Shown here one piece after another: positions 61,742 to 64,000 of a DNA stretch of 64,000 nucleotides. A model generated the notes under the pieces. It ran no database searches, was not told where the DNA came from, and saw only the letters and a list, made by a program, of their open reading frames with translations. The stretch's first letter is position 1, and each line of letters starts with the position of its first letter. Source of the DNA: a virus. Its lineage: Duplodnaviria; Caudoviricetes. The stretch covers positions 32,001 to 96,000 of IMG/VR virus record IMGVR_UViG_3300031998_000017; one strand, 5' to 3'. The translations under genes were made by a program, and so were the position numbers.

Positions 61742-62832
61742 TATATTATTATTCTCCTTTCAAACAACTCTAAAAATGTATCTGGTCCTTTATCAATAGG
61801 ACTATCTTTATAGCCTAATAAATTCCATTTATCAAACATAAAGCTAATTTTAATTAAAGGACTATATTTCTTATTTATATCTTTTAATTTTTTTGTCCAA
61901 CCTTTAAATTCATTATCCCCTATTTCTTTAAATTGCTTATCAAAAGCAACAACAATTTCTTCTACATCTAGTGATTGTAGGAGCTGTACTTGATAGTTAG
62001 TTAAGTTACTTCCGCAAACTGCAACACTTATATCATTATCAAAACCAAAGTATGATTGATATAATAAGCAACTCTTTTCTCCTTCAAATACAATTACTTT
62101 TTTCATTCTTCTTATATTATGCTTACTATTATTCAAATTATATAAGTTGAAACCTAATGGGTGATTATACATTTGATAATTTAATATCGCAGGTTTATAC
62201 TTACCATTAGCTTCTTCTTCTTTTATCATTGTTCTTTCTCTGATACCAATTAACTTACCATCAATATTATAATGCGGGATTACTATACCCCAGTTAACTG
62301 GGTCAAAAGCAATACCACTATGATTCATTGATTCCTGTGTGATTCCTTCATCTAACCATGCTGGAATCTTAGGACGCGGTAAATATCTTAATATCTTATC
62401 ATCATAATATTTAAATTCTACAATTCTCTCTTCTTTTGTTTCTTGTTTCTTCTCATAATTATTTAATATTTTCCAATCGTCAGTTTCTGCGCTGCTATAT
62501 ACTTCATTATTAAAAGAAACATTTAATCCAAAGAAATTTATAATAAAATTAATTGATTGCATTAATGTATATTCAATATTTTTTAATTTTTTTACTTTTA
62601 TTATAAAGTCAAAAACATCAAAGGTATCTGAACACTCTGTATAACATCTAAATAACTTTGTGTTGTCATAATAATATAGCTTATGGCTACTTCCGCCATG
62701 ACACAAAGTCCTTGATATTATTAGCTCTCCTTTGATGACCGGGTCTCCGCCTAGGGCATATAACAATTCCTTTACTTGGTCTATTGTTAAACTATTTTTG
62801 ATGTTTTCTGACCACTCTTTAAGATTGTCCAT
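61741..62832 (-). CDS. DNA primase-like protein (Zn-binding plus TOPRIM)
   Basis: CH...CYTEC, IVIPH, VFEGEKS, VVAFD. GAGGTG RBS before ATG 62832. Confidence 0.82.
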   Translation of the reverse strand: MDNLKEWSENIKNSLTIDQVKELLYALGGDPVIKGELIISRTLCHGGSSHKLYYYDNTKLFRCYTECSDTFDVFDFIIKVKKLKNIEYTLMQSINFIINFFGLNVSFNNEVYSSAETDDWKILNNYEKKQETKEERIVEFKYYDDKILRYLPRPKIPAWLDEGITQESMNHSGIAFDPVNWGIVIPHYNIDGKLIGIRERTMIKEEEANGKYKPAILNYQMYNHPLGFNLYNLNNSKHNIRRMKKVIVFEGEKSCLLYQSYFGFDNDISVAVCGSNLTNYQVQLLQSLDVEEIVVAFDKQFKEIGDNEFKGWTKKLKDINKKYSPLIKISFMFDKWNLLGYKDSPIDKGPDTFLELFERRIII

Positions 62833-62860
62833 ATGAACACCTCTTTTCCTATATATAATA

Positions 62861-62889
62861 ATTATATAATAAATTATTAAAATAGTCAA
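62861..62889 (-). promoter_or_regulatory. SigmaA-type promoter
   Basis: TTGACT-N17-TATAAT. Confidence 0.75.
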
Positions 62890-63999
62890 TTAGAAAGCGG
62901 AAACCTGCATCTTTGGATTTACATTTATTTGTAAATCAGGTAAATCTATTAGCTGATAATTATAATCAGTAGCGAACATAGGTATTACTCTACATGTTCC
63001 TTGATTTGCCTTACATCATAATAATATATCTTTGTATTGTCCTCTACGATTTTTATATACTGAAATCTTTATTGCGGGCTCTTCAAATTTAAAGCGCGCT
63101 ATAACTTCTCTTAAGGCTTCTTTATCTTCTTTACTTGTCTTAAGCATAATCATACCTAAGTCAATTTTGTCGGCTATTGATTTAGCACCACGCAATAGGT
63201 TTTGGTCATATTGTTGAGCGGTAGTGTAATCAGCATTTAACTGTGTAGCAGTTAAGATAAACACACCATATTCATTACATAGGTCTTTAAGTTTAATAGA
63301 AATCATAAATAATACATTATCTTCTCTTAAACCTTTTATTCCTGTTTTCGATGTAACCTCACTCAATATCTTCATTGACGTATGTAAGTAATCGAAAAAG
63401 ATATATCGTACATCCCATTCATGTATACCAAATTTAATAGTGTTTTCGATGTCCTTCATAGAAAAGTCAGGAAGTTTCTTAATGTAGATTGGACATTTTT
63501 TCAATAACTCTGCTGCATATAGAACTCTTTCTAGCTCTCCTTCTTCATAGTTGTTATAAATTATATGGCTTTCGTTTACATCAGATAAGAACGCAAGCAT
63601 CATTGTTTGTATCTCATCTACTTCTTGCTCTGTTGTGATAAACATAGTAGGTTCTTTCGTTCCATTGTCTATCCATTTTCCTTGTTCTGAATCATATATT
63701 CTATCGCATGCAATAGAGCATGAATCAGCTATCATACTACGAGTTTTACCAACACCTGTAGCCGCAGAACGTAAATAGAATTTCTTTAAACGAGCTCCAC
63801 GCGTAACTGTGTTAATGTAAGGGCCATACATTGGGTAACCAATCTCAGGTCTTTTTTGTAAACTTTCGATAAGTTCGTTGACTTTATCTCCTGCTTGAAT
63901 GAAATCCTCATTAGAATCATCTACATATTTCATTCTTATTTCAGTTATTTTTTTATCTATTAAATCCGCAATAGCGTCAAGAGATGAATTATCTAACCA
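62890..63999 (-). CDS. DnaB-like replicative helicase, 5'-truncated by the window
   Basis: SAATGVGKT, FITTEQ, FFDYL, TATQLN, GAKSIADKID, YKNRRG. Reads through TGA 63016 to TAA 62890. Confidence 0.88.
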
Positions 64000-64000
64000 A

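Noticed and set aside
6120-63217. Short antisense or out-of-frame ORFs in the track (e.g. 6120-6308, 7087-7332, 14152-14355, 18409-18702, 22149-22364, 44553-44804, 55635-55946, 59489-59791)
   Set aside because: They lie inside long, motif-supported genes in another frame or strand and have shadow-ORF composition.
489-63999. TGA as Gly (code 25) or selenocysteine
   Set aside because: Conserved-motif columns and paralogous repeats require Trp. TGAs are far too many for Sec and are not at catalytic Cys positions.
1-64000. CRISPR array, tRNA/rRNA genes, integrase or transposase
   Set aside because: No regularly spaced repeats, RNA gene signatures or recombinase motifs were seen.

Overview
This 64 kb window comes from a large, AT-rich (roughly 28% GC by eye) tailed bacteriophage, probably infecting a walled Firmicute/Bacilli host. 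The supplied code-11 ORF track is misleading. Dozens of short ORFs are in-frame fragments of long genes broken only by TGA, and those TGAs fall where Trp is expected, so the phage reads TGA as Trp (genetic code 4). Under code 4 the + strand (1-42.7 kb) is a late region. It encodes a 2737-aa tape measure protein, a 3533-aa tail protein, DUF859-like and Gp10-like proteins, 2809-aa and 845-aa modular fibre/receptor-binding proteins, a lysis cassette, a 4-gene cassette of unknown function, a GAF-type holin candidate and two baseplate-like genes. The - strand (42.8-64 kb) is an early/replication region with sigmaA-type promoters. It encodes a RuvC-like resolvase, a glycosyltransferase/nucleotidyltransferase cluster, dUTPase, peptide deformylase, a metallophosphoesterase, nrdDG, guanylate kinase, DnaE, a RecD/Dda-like helicase, RecJ, a primase-like protein and a DnaB-like helicase. 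The main observations: TGA-Trp is unevenly used (absent from most replication and lysis genes, dominant in the tape measure and ruvC); a GC-rich hairpin plus a TGA sits in the leader of the lysis cassette; a six-copy late-promoter-like motif is partly embedded in terminators; a fibre module occurs five times with conserved DNA linkers; GATC is depleted and GCGC enriched. I saw no tRNA, CRISPR array, reverse transcriptase or integrase. Family calls come from motif recognition, not database searches, and all counts are manual.
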